A DNA stretch of 64,000 nt. It comes from Ptychomitrium polyphyllum (Eukaryota). The stretch is from NCBI GenBank assembly GCA_973851085.1, contig OZ316776.1, forward strand, positions 10,974,001 to 11,038,000, given 5' to 3'. The position numbers and the translations under genes were made by a program. The notes under the pieces are model-generated. The model saw only the letters and a program-made list of their open reading frames with translations, made no database searches and had not been told where the DNA came from. Below are positions 13,988 to 27,496 of the stretch, piece by piece (position 1 is the stretch's first letter; the number at the start of each line of letters is the position of its first letter).

Positions 13988-16900
13988 ATGGAGTCGTTGC
14001 TGTTGAGAGCGCTTGAATCGACGCTTCGGCATTGGCTGAAAACCTTCAGCAGGGATCAGTTCAAGCTGCGAGGGCGCAGTGTGCAGCTCTCGGAACTCGG
14101 TATGTCGATTATCGTATTAGCATTGCTCGATTCCATCAGCTTCAGTTGTCATCAGGTTTAGGGTTTAGAGGTGGGGTCTCATATCGTTAAAATTCACTGC
14201 CCTTCAAATTTTCTGACTACAATGCTGCATCTCTAGAACAAGAACGGAACGGTTGTGGAATGTGCAACCTTTGCTTGTCAATGCATATGGTTTTCAGCTC
14301 ATTATGGTTTTTGAGCATATCGAACATTCTAGAAATCAGTTCTTGGGGTTTTGAGCTTTGTCGAAGCGTGAAGGAACTGTCATGAGAATGAAATGACATG
14401 TGCTTGAAATTCCTGGATTTGAAGAATGTTTAAGTAGATGCTTCTGAAAATTCTTGAAAAGATCCCTTTGGGGTTCAATAGTGTTTCCTGTGTGGGTGCA
14501 ATCTAAAGATGTCAATGAATGTCAGATCTTAATGGAGACGTACTACACGCAGCTATTGGTCTTCCACCAACTTTGGAAGTTACAGAGGCTCGAGTTGGCA
14601 AGGTCGAGCTCAAGGTATATAATCTCTTAGTGTACGTCTTAGTGTACGGTGATGTGGTTTAGATAGAGTAGGCGGTGGGCAGTACCGAGGATAGGAAAGA
14701 GGTATTTTGCAGCTAACTTGGTTGGTTATGTCTCCAGATACCTTCGTTGTCCAATGTGAATAGAGAGCCGATTGTGGTGGCAATAGATAAGCTGGAGTTA
14801 GTACTTACTGAGACACCGCATGACCAGGCATCATTCCTGCCGGAGTAAGTTCTGTTTCTGAGCTCGTAAATGGAATTTATCTTTTGACAACTTTTGATTT
14901 CACTAATTGATTGAGAGCTTTGCTGCTGATAAGCTGTTGAATGACTAGTATGCAATCTGCGGTTAAGATCATCTTATGAATTATGTTGTTTTTGTATGGC
15001 AGGGCTACCTCGTCCACGAAGAGCTCTAGTTATGGATACGCAGATAAGGTAATTGAAGTTCTGGTTCGCTGTGTTTCTACGAAGTATAAACTTAGTTTGC
15101 TATTTAATCCCGAGACCTTTTGATTCATTAGCATTCTTTGGTTGTATATCCACTTCTCTCCTACACGCTGAGCTTTTGATGTGGATTCTAGTTCCTCAGT
15201 GCGAACGGTGTTATTTCTGAGCAAGTCTAAGTGGGTATCCTAAACTTTTTAGACCTCTTTCAGCTTGCAGATGGTATGACCATACATGTGACCACTGTCA
15301 ACTTGATGCTGGAAACTCGGGGTGGCAGGAGCAGCACAGAAGGAGGAGCAACCTGGTACATTTTGCCTAACATATTAGTCTTGAAATATCGCAGAGCCTG
15401 CTACAGTCGCTAGTATGACGACCACTAATCTCATATTCTGGGTATAGATATGGTGTGGTAGTTAACCTTATTTATGTTCATTCATCTTTGGCGGGGGTGA
15501 TGCAAACAGGAAACCCCCGCTGGCCTCTTTGACCATGCGCAATTTATACTTATATACTACAAATGAAAATTGGAAGGTACTAAAAATCCACTCTATGTCT
15601 CTGAACTAGGCTTCCTCTTCCACAGCTCGGAAGTGCTTTTTGTGTCTTTTGTTTGGTTGTTGTAGGTTATTGCTTGCAGTACATAGTTACATAGACTATT
15701 TTCGTATGTCGCTTCCACTTTCACTTCTACTTCAGACCTCTAGTCAGCCTGGCATTAATAGTTGTCTGCTTAAAATTTTGTTGAGTGCTTCAGGCTGTGC
15801 CTCTGAATCAAGCAAGAGACTTCAACAATGGTATGAAGGCTATTTACGTCTTCAAGGTGAATGGCTCAATTCGTGTACCACTTATTGCTCACTATCTAGC
15901 ACTTCTTGCGTGGCAGTTATACAGTGAGGACCACTTATTGATGCAACACCGATTAAGGTTTTGTAGAGCAGTTACCTGTGGGTGTTACATATGCTTCTGT
16001 AAAGCTCATCTCAGCCATCACGTCAATATCTTTGTTTCTGAGTGTGGAGATTTGTTATTTGTGAGCTCATTTGTAATGCCTAAACTCGTCTTTTGTTGAC
16101 AAGTGCAGAAGCTAGAATGGGAATCGCTATCAGTCGACCTGCTTCCTCATCCAGACATGTTCACTGATGAGCAATTCATGAAAATGGGGAGAAGCGATTC
16201 ACGTGATAAAGATGGTGCTAAGAGATTATTCTTTGGTGGGGAGCGGTTTCTGGACAGCATATCTGGGACTGCAAACGTAATTTCCTGCCTTTTCCCCTCT
16301 AATAGAGACACTGATCTGGTGATGTTCATACTTCTCTTTTCATGAGAGGATTGGATTTCGCACTCTGTCTACTTCTGCCTTTTGTTAATTTTGGATGGTA
16401 TTTTGGAGGTAGTTCTCTTGCAGCAAATTTATCTTTCTGTAATGTTTAGCAAGGTGAAAGGATTAGATGCATACTTAGCTGTCTATTTTTGCTTCATTGG
16501 GCTTCTTGTAATCAGCTGCTGTGGGAGTATTCGATTGCAGATAACCATATGTAGATCTGAGCAAAACTCAAATCTTGGACTGGAGGTGCAGTTGCATATT
16601 CCTGATATTCTTGTTCCAGCTCTTAGTGAACCTGGTATGCATCTCACTCCTGTCTTTATAATCGCGTTCTTATTTGTGGTAAGCTCTTCAATCCAATGCA
16701 ATGGTATTTGCTTCTCAGACATGGTAATAAAGTGTGTTTGAGCTTGAATATTAAGCTTGCAACTAAATTATGCAATCTTTGTAGGTCTGAGGGCGTTGCT
16801 GCGCTTCATGACTGGAGTTTATGTCTGCATGAACAGAGGAGACAAGGGTGTGAGATCTAAAAAGGTTTGAATGATTTGATTTTTTAATTCCATTGCTGGT

Positions 16901-19900
16901 TATTTAGCTTGCATGTTACGAGGGTATTATGAAGCTCTACCATCAAATTCTGGTTACAGCAAAAATGTGTAAATCACTTTATGAAAATTGGATTAAATGG
17001 GACAATGTAAGACGCAAAATGTCGTTGTTAAGTAAACGCTTTAATAAAAATGGTATCAAGTTACCTCACCTCTTCAACTCGTCCACAGATGAAAATTTGG
17101 TTCACAGGTTTTAACATGTCTGTAATGTTGCAGTCAGAAGCCGCTGGAAAATCAATGATTGGAGTTAGAATTGATCACATCTTTCTTTGTATAAAAGATG
17201 CTGGTGAGTGAAGATGTTCACTAGTTTTCTTTCTGTTGTCTTAGGTTACGTGCCAATTAGAACCTGCATTGCGCCCCTTTCATGAAGAATATGAATGCAT
17301 ATTATCTATTGAACAGTAAATGACGCCTCTGTCAGCCGGTTTCTTTCTATCCGAGATAAACTAATAGAAACATTTGGCTTGCACAGAATTTCAAGTAGAA
17401 TTTCTGCTGCAATCTCTACAATACGTGCGGGTATGTTGAACATTAACTCACAGTCGATCTCTGTTCCTACTCGTAAGTTTTAGCTGTACCAGCTATTTCT
17501 CTAGTTTCAATCCTGATGTTATTACTGGGGATATTTGAACAGGCAAGCTCTGCAGATGGGGAATGCACGTGTACAATGTCACGTATCATCATTGGTTGCC
17601 TATTTCTAAGGTGCATCCAGTGTCTTGATATCGCTTCATACATAAGCTTTAAGTCTTTCGCATGTTTCATCGTGATTGTTTCACGTGTAAGTTGTTTAAA
17701 GAAGATGAATGTTGACCTTCAGAACAAGTCTTATGTACCCAGAATTGACGTGCCATTTTATTGCAGAGACACATTTTCACAGCCTTCGTGCACACTTGTA
17801 CAACCAAGTATGCGAAATCCTGGATCCACTAATCCTCCATACGTACCCTCTTTTGGTTAGTGCGCCGAACTTGGACATTGGTTGAAGCATATTAGGATGG
17901 AGACGAAGCTAGTACAATTCATAGCATGATCTGTGTCTAAATGCCATCACTTTAAACAACTACAATTGAGGAGGTTGTTTAGTATCTGTTTTCTCTCAAT
18001 ACATTTGCTCGTCTGAGTAGCACCAATCATTACGTAGCCCGACATGGGCATTCCTATCCTAGATCTCTGCTGCTCCTAACCCCCTGCTTTTACATCTGAG
18101 ACTCAGCTAGCGACAAGATATGGCCAAGGATATATCCCCTGGAAAGCAGTCTGATGCCTCAAGCTGCAGATACACCCATGATATGTGTGTATTCTGTACA
18201 AACCGCACCTGCTCCAGCTCCTCCAAATCTAGCTTCACAGACAGTCGTTCAGTGCCAACCACTGAAGGTACTAAACTTCTGACCATCTTTTTCCCCAGGC
18301 TGTGGTTGGTTGAGTAGAAGTTATGCTTGCGAAGCAGATTTCAGGATGCACCAGGAGAGTTTCAGATAGGACATGTTAAACCAGAAATATGATGTTTCCT
18401 ACATTTGGTAGCACTAATTGCTGCTACCGACCTTTTTCAGTGGTAATAACGAGGCTATAGGAGTTATTCTTTTTTTTGCATGTGTATGCATGTATGGTCT
18501 AGTATCAGATTACATCAGCCTTGTGCCCCACCTAATGTCGTGGATGGATTTAAGTCATGTGCATCTTGTCTAAATTGTGATATTAACCTTGTGATTGGCA
18601 GATAAACCTTCAGGAAGAAACCTGCTTACGAATAGCCTCTTTCCTGTCAGACGGGATTAATGTAGAGCCCGGCCTAGTTCTACCTGAAAAGTCACTTAAT
18701 GCAATGCATTTCAGTCTGAAGGAGTTTGACCTCACTGTACCCTTGAATGCCGCACTGCTGGATGAAGATGACATGGAGGAAGAGAGCGGTTTTACAGGAG
18801 CAAGGCTTCATGTTGAGGGATTTATGATTGCTCAAAGCCCATTTTTGGGTTTCAAATTACTAGACCTTGAAAAAGATGCTGCGTGCTTCACCATGTGGAA
18901 GGGTCAACCTGTTGATTCAAGCCAGCAAAGGTATTGGTCTCTGATTAGTTTAATAATTGTGTTATGGAATAATACAAGACCTTTCTTGAAGTGAAAAAAG
19001 TAAGGGAAATAGCGAATTAGTTCAGAAGAATCATCAGGGGTTTGGAGCATTTGAACTTGATCTTGCATTTGATTATCTTTGCTTAGGAAACACATGCTGT
19101 ACTTCTTTATTTCATACAACCTTTTGCATTTCTAGAGATCCTTTGGTTTTTAATTTTCTACTCAGAGATTACTATGTTTCTATGTCCATGTTTTTGAAGA
19201 AATTATTTTTGTTGAACTAGGTGGGTGATGCGTGCGGCTCACTTGAGCATAGCTCTTGAAACAAGCGGCTGTGATGATAGCTCCCAGAATGAGACTGCTG
19301 GTGACTGGGCCGCTGGTTTGTGGCGCTGTGTAGAGATGAATGAGCCATATCTAGAGGCTGCTATGGCTACAGCAGATGGTGGTCCACTAATCGATGTTCC
19401 CCCTCCAGGTCAGAAGTTTCTCTATTTGTGTCTCTTAGTTGGCAATCAACGATGGTTCTGGAAGTATCGAGGACAGAATTTGTGTTTTCCTCCTAAGTTT
19501 AATTTAACGCACACTTCTTCTCGTCATATTATGGTTTAGGAAAATGTGTTTTACGTTATCGGCCTTCATTCACGTTTTATTCTGGTTAGAAATCAAGGTT
19601 CAAATCTGATACTTTGCATCTTGTTGCTTGGGGATTACGCATTTATAAAAGCCAGTGCAGTTTACACGGAAAATTTGTGTCTTTGTTTCGCTTATAAAGA
19701 GCCGCTGTGCATGGTGCAGGTGGTATTGTCAGGTTGGGCATTGCATGCAAAAAGTATGTGTCTAACACATCCAGCGAGCAGTTTTTATTTGTACTAAAGA
19801 TGTACTCATACTTAGGAATAGTGAGTGAGATGCTTCTTCGAGAATTGAAACCTGTGACTCAAAAAAAGACTTCCAGGAAAAATTCTTTCAAGGATCTGAA

Positions 19901-22900
19901 AAGAGCTGAATCAATTCAGGACATAGCAGAAATTGTGCCCTCTGATATGGCAGTGTACTTGAGCTTGAAAGCATTGGAGTTGAAACTTTTGGAGTCAGTT
20001 CCTGGAGAAATTGCTATTGAAGGGCCTCCTTTGGTTCAAGTCTCAAGCAGGGACATAGATTTCACTGCCACTCACCAAACACTCGCTGCTGCTGCTGTGA
20101 TATCTTCGAACCTGATTTGGCGAGATATACGCGTCGACTGTGTGGAAACAGAGTTGTTCTTTCCTGGAGGACTAGAGTCGTACTATGGAAGTCCTCTAAC
20201 CCACATATCAGGAATAAGAGAGTCATGCGATGCCTCTACTCTAGAATCTCCTTCGAACAGTCCACTTAGGACCTCCATCAGTTTTGATTCCAACGGTCCA
20301 TTTGGTGACCCTTTATTGCGGCCAGTACCTTTGTTGAAGTTGTCACCGTTGACAAGAGGGGTGGAAAGGCCTCCATCCCGGCGAGGATTGCCGGAGATGC
20401 GTGGTGTGTTCTGGATAGGCGAGGAGAGGGGTAGCATGGCTCCAACTGCACGAGGTCGAGTGGATAGAGCGTCTTCATTAGAAACCTTGCCCTTTCTTGA
20501 TATTAGTGTCAAGAACGTCATTCCCTTCAAAGAGCAGGATGCTGAATGTCATAGCTTAAGGATAGTTACGAAAGTAGGTGGAGTTAGACTTGGGGGGGGT
20601 ATGGCTTACAATGAAGCACTGTTGCATCGCTTCGGCGTATTTGATGCTGATGGAGGTCCTGGTCCTGAATTTGAGAAGGTGATCAAGAGTTTGTCGAGGG
20701 GCTCTTTTGCAAACCTATTTAGACCGAAAGCTGACGTTGGAGCAGGAAGGAAAGGTAATATAAATTCTTCATTCATGTGATAGGATTTCTCCAAGCAGTG
20801 TTCAAAGCTCTAGAACTAATTGAGACATATGGTAGTAAATTGCTTAAGACAATTTAGTTTTCTCGAATTGTTTTCTGTTAATCTAATCAATTTCGTTACA
20901 TTTAAATTCCAGGCGACAAAGAAAAACCAACAGTACAGGAGCTTACTTGGGATGTCGGCCTACCAGACGACATTGAATTTGAGATACATTTACTTGACTG
21001 GCTGTTTGCCTTAGAAGGTGCAGATAGTGTTTCTGAGCCTGAGGGAATCCCTGGAAGACAGGGTCCACATTCATTTCGTGAGGACAGGTGTTGGCATTCC
21101 ACTTTTCGCTGTCTGAGTTTGAAAGCTCAGGGTACGAAGGAGGCCGACAATCAAATAACTGCAAGACATAGAACGAGATCAAACCCTGTGCAAAGTTTAG
21201 TAGTAAGTATCTCATATGTTTTTGTTTGGAATTGCAGCTATACTGATTACACCATATTCTGTGAACCATGTAGTTATATTTTATATTTACTGTGGCATTA
21301 AGTATTGTGTAGCTTACAACCACCTTTGACATACGGTTATTGTTGTGGGTCACAGTAATTTCTCATTTATCCGAATTATACATCCACATTATACCGTGTA
21401 ATTGCTGTAGCTTAAGAAACGACTATTCGCAAGTTTTGTAAATCTCCTTTCCTTATTATATTTCCTGATCGCTTTATTTACCAAGCTCGGCTACTTACTG
21501 ATATGAGTTTGTGATCATCCACAGATGCAAATTGAGGGACTGCAGGCTTTGAAGCCTCGGTTCACTGGTAATCCTTCACATCAAGTCAGAGATGCTCCAA
21601 ACAATATACAAATGAGGAGCAGTGTGTACTTGGATTGTGAGGGCCTAAGTTCTATATATTCTAGCCCCTCAGAGTATGACCAAAACGGTGCACACTTACC
21701 AGATGACATTTATGGAGTAGATGATATAGGTTTAGATACGAATAGTAGCGACATAAGATTAGATTCCTTGCATCCTGAAGCTTTTTCTATAGCAGATCCA
21801 AGCGTGACAAGCAAGAGTGGTTTCGATTTTGAGATTCAACTGGAAGAGCCCGAAGATGACGATGGGATTGACATTGGCATGGGAGGATGGGTAGTCAAGA
21901 TCTGCAAAGCTGCTGTTAGAGAACCGGTAAGCAACAGGGACCCATTTGGGTTTGATGCATTCACAGGTGGTTTTACTGAATATAGATTAGTGTTTTGCCT
22001 CAAGCGTTCAGATTAGTAGTGCTTTGTTTTTACATATGCTAATTAGTGGTGATATTTTTAGCACTTTTATAGCACAGTACCTATGCTAGAAGTTATGACT
22101 TGAAGTTCTAATGATGATTACTTCTAAAAATTCCTGCTTCTCACTAAACCGGCGACAATCCTTTCAATACAGGTGGAGGTTGAAGCAACGAGACGTGAAG
22201 TCGAGTACATGGTGGAGCTTTTCAAGTCAGAAATTGAGTCAGCTAGTCGAATAGCTGCTGGCGGTTTGAAGCTCCTCCAATTACACAAAACCATTGGCCA
22301 TAGTGCTATTGATCAGTTAACACATTTTGGTACGAGGCCCTCAAATAATTGCTCTTATGTCACTTGTATTTATCTTCAAGTATTTTGAACCAAGTGACCT
22401 AAAATAGAAAATCAGGGTATTGCATTTATAGCGAGTCATAAATATTACGAGTAGTAAGTTCTTTGATTTATTCTTAAAAGTTTCTGCTGCGTCACAGATC
22501 TATTACTTTCATTGTTATTTCGTGGTACATACATATTGCTTCCACTAAGCTTGACCTCAACCAATAGGTGTCTACAATTGACAGAAGCCTAGCCCTCTTT
22601 TTCTTATTTTCTTTCTCCTTACCAACTGTAGGCTTCTCGGCGGATGTATGCAGGTAGTGGCGGCTTGGACAGAGTACTCACTCCAGACAGGGAAAAGAGT
22701 CGGCGATTCAGTGATGGAAGTGTTTCGTCACTTCCATCTTTTCGGAAGTCTTTCAGAAAGGACAGTAACATCCTCACAAGATTAGAGGCCTCCGTTTCTG
22801 AGACTGAAACTTTGTGTTCAAAGTTGTATCAGCAGCTCAGTCTTCGAGCAGACTCATTAGCTGCGGCTGAGATGAAAGCCTTAATAGATCAGATTAAAGC

Positions 22901-22940
22901 TTCGCAAGCCCTGTTAGGACATTTGAAAAATGAGTTGTAG
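13988..22940 (+). CDS. Chorein-N domain / bridge-like lipid transfer protein (BLTP3/SHIP164/UHRF1BP1-like, plant AT3G20720 type), multi-exon
   Basis: The spliced N-terminus MESLLLRALESTLRHWLKTFSRDQFKLRGRSVQLSEL/DLNGDVLHAAIGLPPTLEVTEARVGKVELK/IPSLSNVNREPIVVAIDKLELVLTE, then GYADK/LADGMTIHVTTVNLMLETRGG, KRLFFGGERFLDSISG and GGVRLGGGMAYNEALLHRFG, matches this family as I recall it. A coiled-coil-like last exon ends at TAG 22938-22940. Roughly 20 or more GT-AG exons, not all boundaries resolved. Confidence 0.85.
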
Positions 22941-25900
22941 TGGAGATGCGTGACAGGATTCATTAGTCGTGAAACAGAACATTGATTGTAAAGTATAAAT
23001 AGTTTTAGATACCAGTGGATGAATTGACTGAATAATACCACCTACGCGCTGACTTCTTTTCCACATTGGAAGTCATCGAGAAATAATGAAAATAAAGGGC
23101 AAATATCCCAAACCAAGTAAATTCTATATACTGTTTACAGCACTCTCGCACCGAAGTATGTAAATCTTGTTGCTGGTGATCAGGTGTTACTTTGTCAACC
23201 ATTTTGTTAGGTTCACATTGCATATCAGTCGTTGCTGCGGGACAGTTTCAGAACTTCCATCTCACTACCGCTTGAGCTAACTCTAATCGGCATGTCCGTT
23301 GATTCAGAGCTTGGGTACTATTCTTCAACATTACACGCGAGCTGGTACGTAATTTCATTGTAATCATATGAACATGCTTTTAGAAGTGCGATATTATCCG
23401 CGCGATAATAGATCTCTGAATCTCAACTGTAAGCATTTTGTAGATGAAGCTGGTTTTGGGTGCAGCGACGGTCTTAGATATGCATTCCTTGCCAACGCAC
23501 ACTTGACGTGGTCTTGTTCTATGCAGCTGCTAACAGGTTGAAGGTTCTTACTAGTATCAATGTGATTTTGCGGGGTGACACCAAGCTGGAAACCGCAGAG
23601 CAGAAACACAACATTCTGTAGCCTATGAAAAGTGGTACCCTACGAGTTAGGATATATCCTCGCCATGAAACCTGAGCTAGCAGGTCAAAATCGGAAGTAC
23701 TGATGTAAATCCAGTGATTATAAATTGAAATATTCTGTACAGTAGGGGCTGCGAGGCAGCAGGCTGCAAGATGTTATTAAATTCCCCGATATGTTGGAGT
23801 GAGGATTGTGGGTGGCTTATTAACAATACCATTTCGTTTGCTTTTTAATTTACACTAGATTTGGCTCAAAAGGTAGTCCAAGCTTGATCAATTCAAGAAA
23901 GCTATTATATTTTGAGATACTACCTCTACAACGTTTGCTTTGCAGTTTGACTGAATGCCTTCAACCTCACCCGTGTATCAATGCGTCCACTGACCTCGTG
24001 ACTTGTATCGCTGAAGATGGTAGTGAAGTTCTGGCCATCGTTGGAGTGCTGATTGTTTAATTTTGGAAGTCTCGAAGATGAACAATATGATCTGCTTGAA
24101 CACTGTTCGATCGGAGCTACTGAACAGTAGTATGCAAATGTCAACAGTCAATAGAGAGATTCACACAAAGAATAACTCAAATAACAATTACAAATTTCTG
24201 TGTCCATCAAGCGCCGTTTAATTAGTTGTCAAGAAATCGTGGTCACGGGTGAATATGAGCTTCAAGAAGACCATCTGCAGCTTAAAGTGGAGTTTGTTTT
24301 ACGTGCAACCCTTTGCAAGATGAAATTGAGCTGATTCATGCTGTGGGAACAGTAACTACACTCGCAATATCGGTGTTGGTTTCTGTTATTTGTAGCAAGG
24401 AGAGAGGCTCTCTCTATGCTGTAATCATCTGCCAGCATACCCTTTCCACACAAATTCGTCATTCAGGGTATGCTGGCACATGTTCAAATTCGTGCAACTT
24501 TAAGACCTGCAGTATTGTCTCAGCGGTAACAAATTCTCTGCCGTACTAGCAAGATGTGCAGCGTCTCCAATCCTCCTGTTTCCTATTTGGTCCTTCCTTA
24601 CTGAAGCAACTGGTTGGCAGCGACCACGGTGCGCACTAGACGCAAGTATGACCCTGTGCAAGTTTTATTCTAAAATTTCGATATATCGGTCCACTACAAG
24701 AAGTTTCAGTTCACACAAAACCTACTTGATAAAATACAGCAATAAAATATCATTAATCGTCATACCTATCGTCGGACACTTACATACGCAGAACACAACG
24801 TAAAATGATTTGTAAGAACAAAGCGAGGTCTACGAGCGGAAGAGAGAAAAATGAGAGCTGGGAGAGCCTGGACACAGGGAGTTTGCTAAATGCCTCACCC
24901 CTTCACATACCAGGAGGGTGTACATCACCGAAATTTGGCTACTCCTCGATCGGCTGACTCCTCTGGACGATTCTGCAACCACATATAAGAACATGCTTAT
25001 GCCAATACTTACAAAGAAAAATAAATTAATAGTCAAATTACAAATAGAATCTCTTAAGTGCATTAGAAGTTCATTATATATTTATAAAAACGGATACTCT
25101 ATCATTTACTTCCTTTGTAAAGTTTGATGACATTCTATGATTAAGATTCCATAAAACAATCCAAATAGACATCTTTGAAGATATTTCATTAAAGATGATA
25201 AAGAAGACAATCTTGAACATCAATAAGTGGATAAACAATGAGAACAATGATAATGAAGCATCTATAGATTATGAAATCATCTAGTGGCCATCCATCTCAT
25301 AAAAGAATTATTTTTTCAAATTTAGATATGGATAATATATGGGTAATATCCACAAACAAGTTTTTGTGGAATAAGAAAGATTTCCATCCATCACATGTTT
25401 CATTAGAAATCATCATAACCACATCATGGCTTGATGTACTACTAAATTGCAAAAAACTACATACACGTACATTAAGAATCAAAAGACAAAACAAGGTAGA
25501 CTAGAAACTTAGAAGACTACTAGGATCTGCAAATAAATCCAAAAGTTATTATTGAATTTCGGAACATTCAATAATAACCCCACCTAAAAGCAATGTGTCA
25601 CACTGGCTTTTGCAATGGATATGAAGTACCTCTGAACTTGGATTTAGTATTATACACAAACAGACACTTCAGTTAATTCAGGCCGGCTCCTAGAAGGAAC
25701 TGGAGTTCGTTCTTCCTCTCTCACTGGATCAAGTTTTGTTTCACCGTAACTGTTTGGTGCAACCACAGTCACAACTGTTGCCAGATCCCTGCAACGTAAG
25801 AATCTGAATCTCCTGTCACGCAGATTCAAGTTTCTGCTAGAGAGATTCAGACCTCCGAGATCAGCGAGTTACTATATCCTCTAAGTTTCCCCAGCCCTGA

Positions 25901-27496
25901 TTGACTTTTCGCTCTGATCTACCTAGAATTCTGGAATCCAAATTCGAGTTTCGGGAATCATCTCTCCGATCATGGCACAACCAGCTTGTTCGCGTTGTTA
26001 GTGGTCCATCAACAGAAATGAGCCAGGGATCTGTACATCGAGGATCTGTCAGATATCTGCCAAGTTTGAGGGAAAAGCTCACACGAATGTGAGCACGGGA
26101 TGGCTCTTGGGTGAGAGGAGACTCTGCGCAGCGGTTGAATATGCGACGAACATTCCCACAATGGCGCTCTTCCCAGTCTGGCAACACTGGCAGAAAAAAG
26201 CAAGAAGCGCACCTCGAAAAGAATACCCAGTTGCAGCGCTGAGCGAAGGCCGCCCTTCTGCCGCCGGAGAAGTTGCCATTCTGTTCATTTATCGAAGATT
26301 TTAATTCGAATCTGGAGTTTGTACTGTAGTTATGCCACTCTCTAGGTGCTGCTATTCCGGACACAAATTTCACGGATCATCCGGTGAGCAAACCAATTTG
26401 GTCGAATCGGTTGGCCTCTGACTTGCCCAGAAGTCAGCCTAGAAATATGCATAGCTTCTTTTTTACACACCTAACGTCGGATTAAAACTTCCAATCCGTT
26501 TTTAATAGTCCAGTCTCGGTGAGCATTCAGTTCCACAAGAATCCCATGCAGGATGGAGTTTACCATTTTGTAATCGTGTTCGTTTCTTGGTGCAAGGGAA
26601 TTGCCAGAGTATCACACGGGTATCACACGGGTATAAACTCAGTATCGTATTTGCGTCAATCAAAAGTCCATGTTGTGTACTACCCCAGATTTATGTTCGG
26701 TAGTAACCTAATGTCACTTAACCTCTACCATCACGGAATCACATTCAAACAAACAAAAATGAGTGAAAATGCACTACTGTACGATACAATGATCGGACGA
26801 AGGTATACTATGTAATGGGTGTGTCAAGACGAGCCGCAGTCTAGATCGAGAATGTGAGAGTCCTGGAAACCTTGAATGGGGTTCACCGAATCTCGAATAC
26901 GTCTGGATGTAACTGACAATGAGGTCTAAAACAGAGTCCAAGACAGATCACTGCGACGCGAGATTTTGAAACTGATGGAATCTGTTGCCATTCTCTACAG
27001 TAACTGGTCCAGGCAAGCATGCAAGTGAGTAGATAGCAGCTTAGTTTAGGCGTTTGCAGTATTTAGATCCAAGTGACTTTTATTCACTCTTTTTCTATCT
27101 CATATTGTCTCGTCTCGATGTGCCACAGCCACCGGTAATCGCCTGGAAGCTTCATGCGCGTCATCAAGCTATTATGACACTTTACTAAGCCCCCTGAGGC
27201 AAACTGCTCAGATGAAGTCCTGCGGGCTCCTCCAGTGGGTGTCGACGACAGCCTTTCACGTGAATCGATAATTTGCTCATACACTAACAGGCTTTCGGAG
27301 GAGAACCACAGGCCTGGCGATCAGCTAATTCATGACAATCTCGCGGGGCATCTTCGCAGCAATGCTCGATCATTGTTGCGATTAAGTAGTGATGCGACGA
27401 TCGAGGCTTTTGCACGATTGATCCACAGCTGCTAAACTGGCCTCCCCTAGTTTATTCGGTGGTTGTGTCAGCCCGAGTGTCTACGAAGACAGAGAC

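Noticed and set aside
24950..25620. AT-rich patch faintly resembling a transposase C-terminus
   Set aside because: The similarity is too weak to call by eye and needs a translated search.
25861..26373. 170-aa minus-strand ORF
   Set aside because: No recognisable domain, and it appears to start at a non-ATG codon. It probably lies in the leader intron of the downstream gene.
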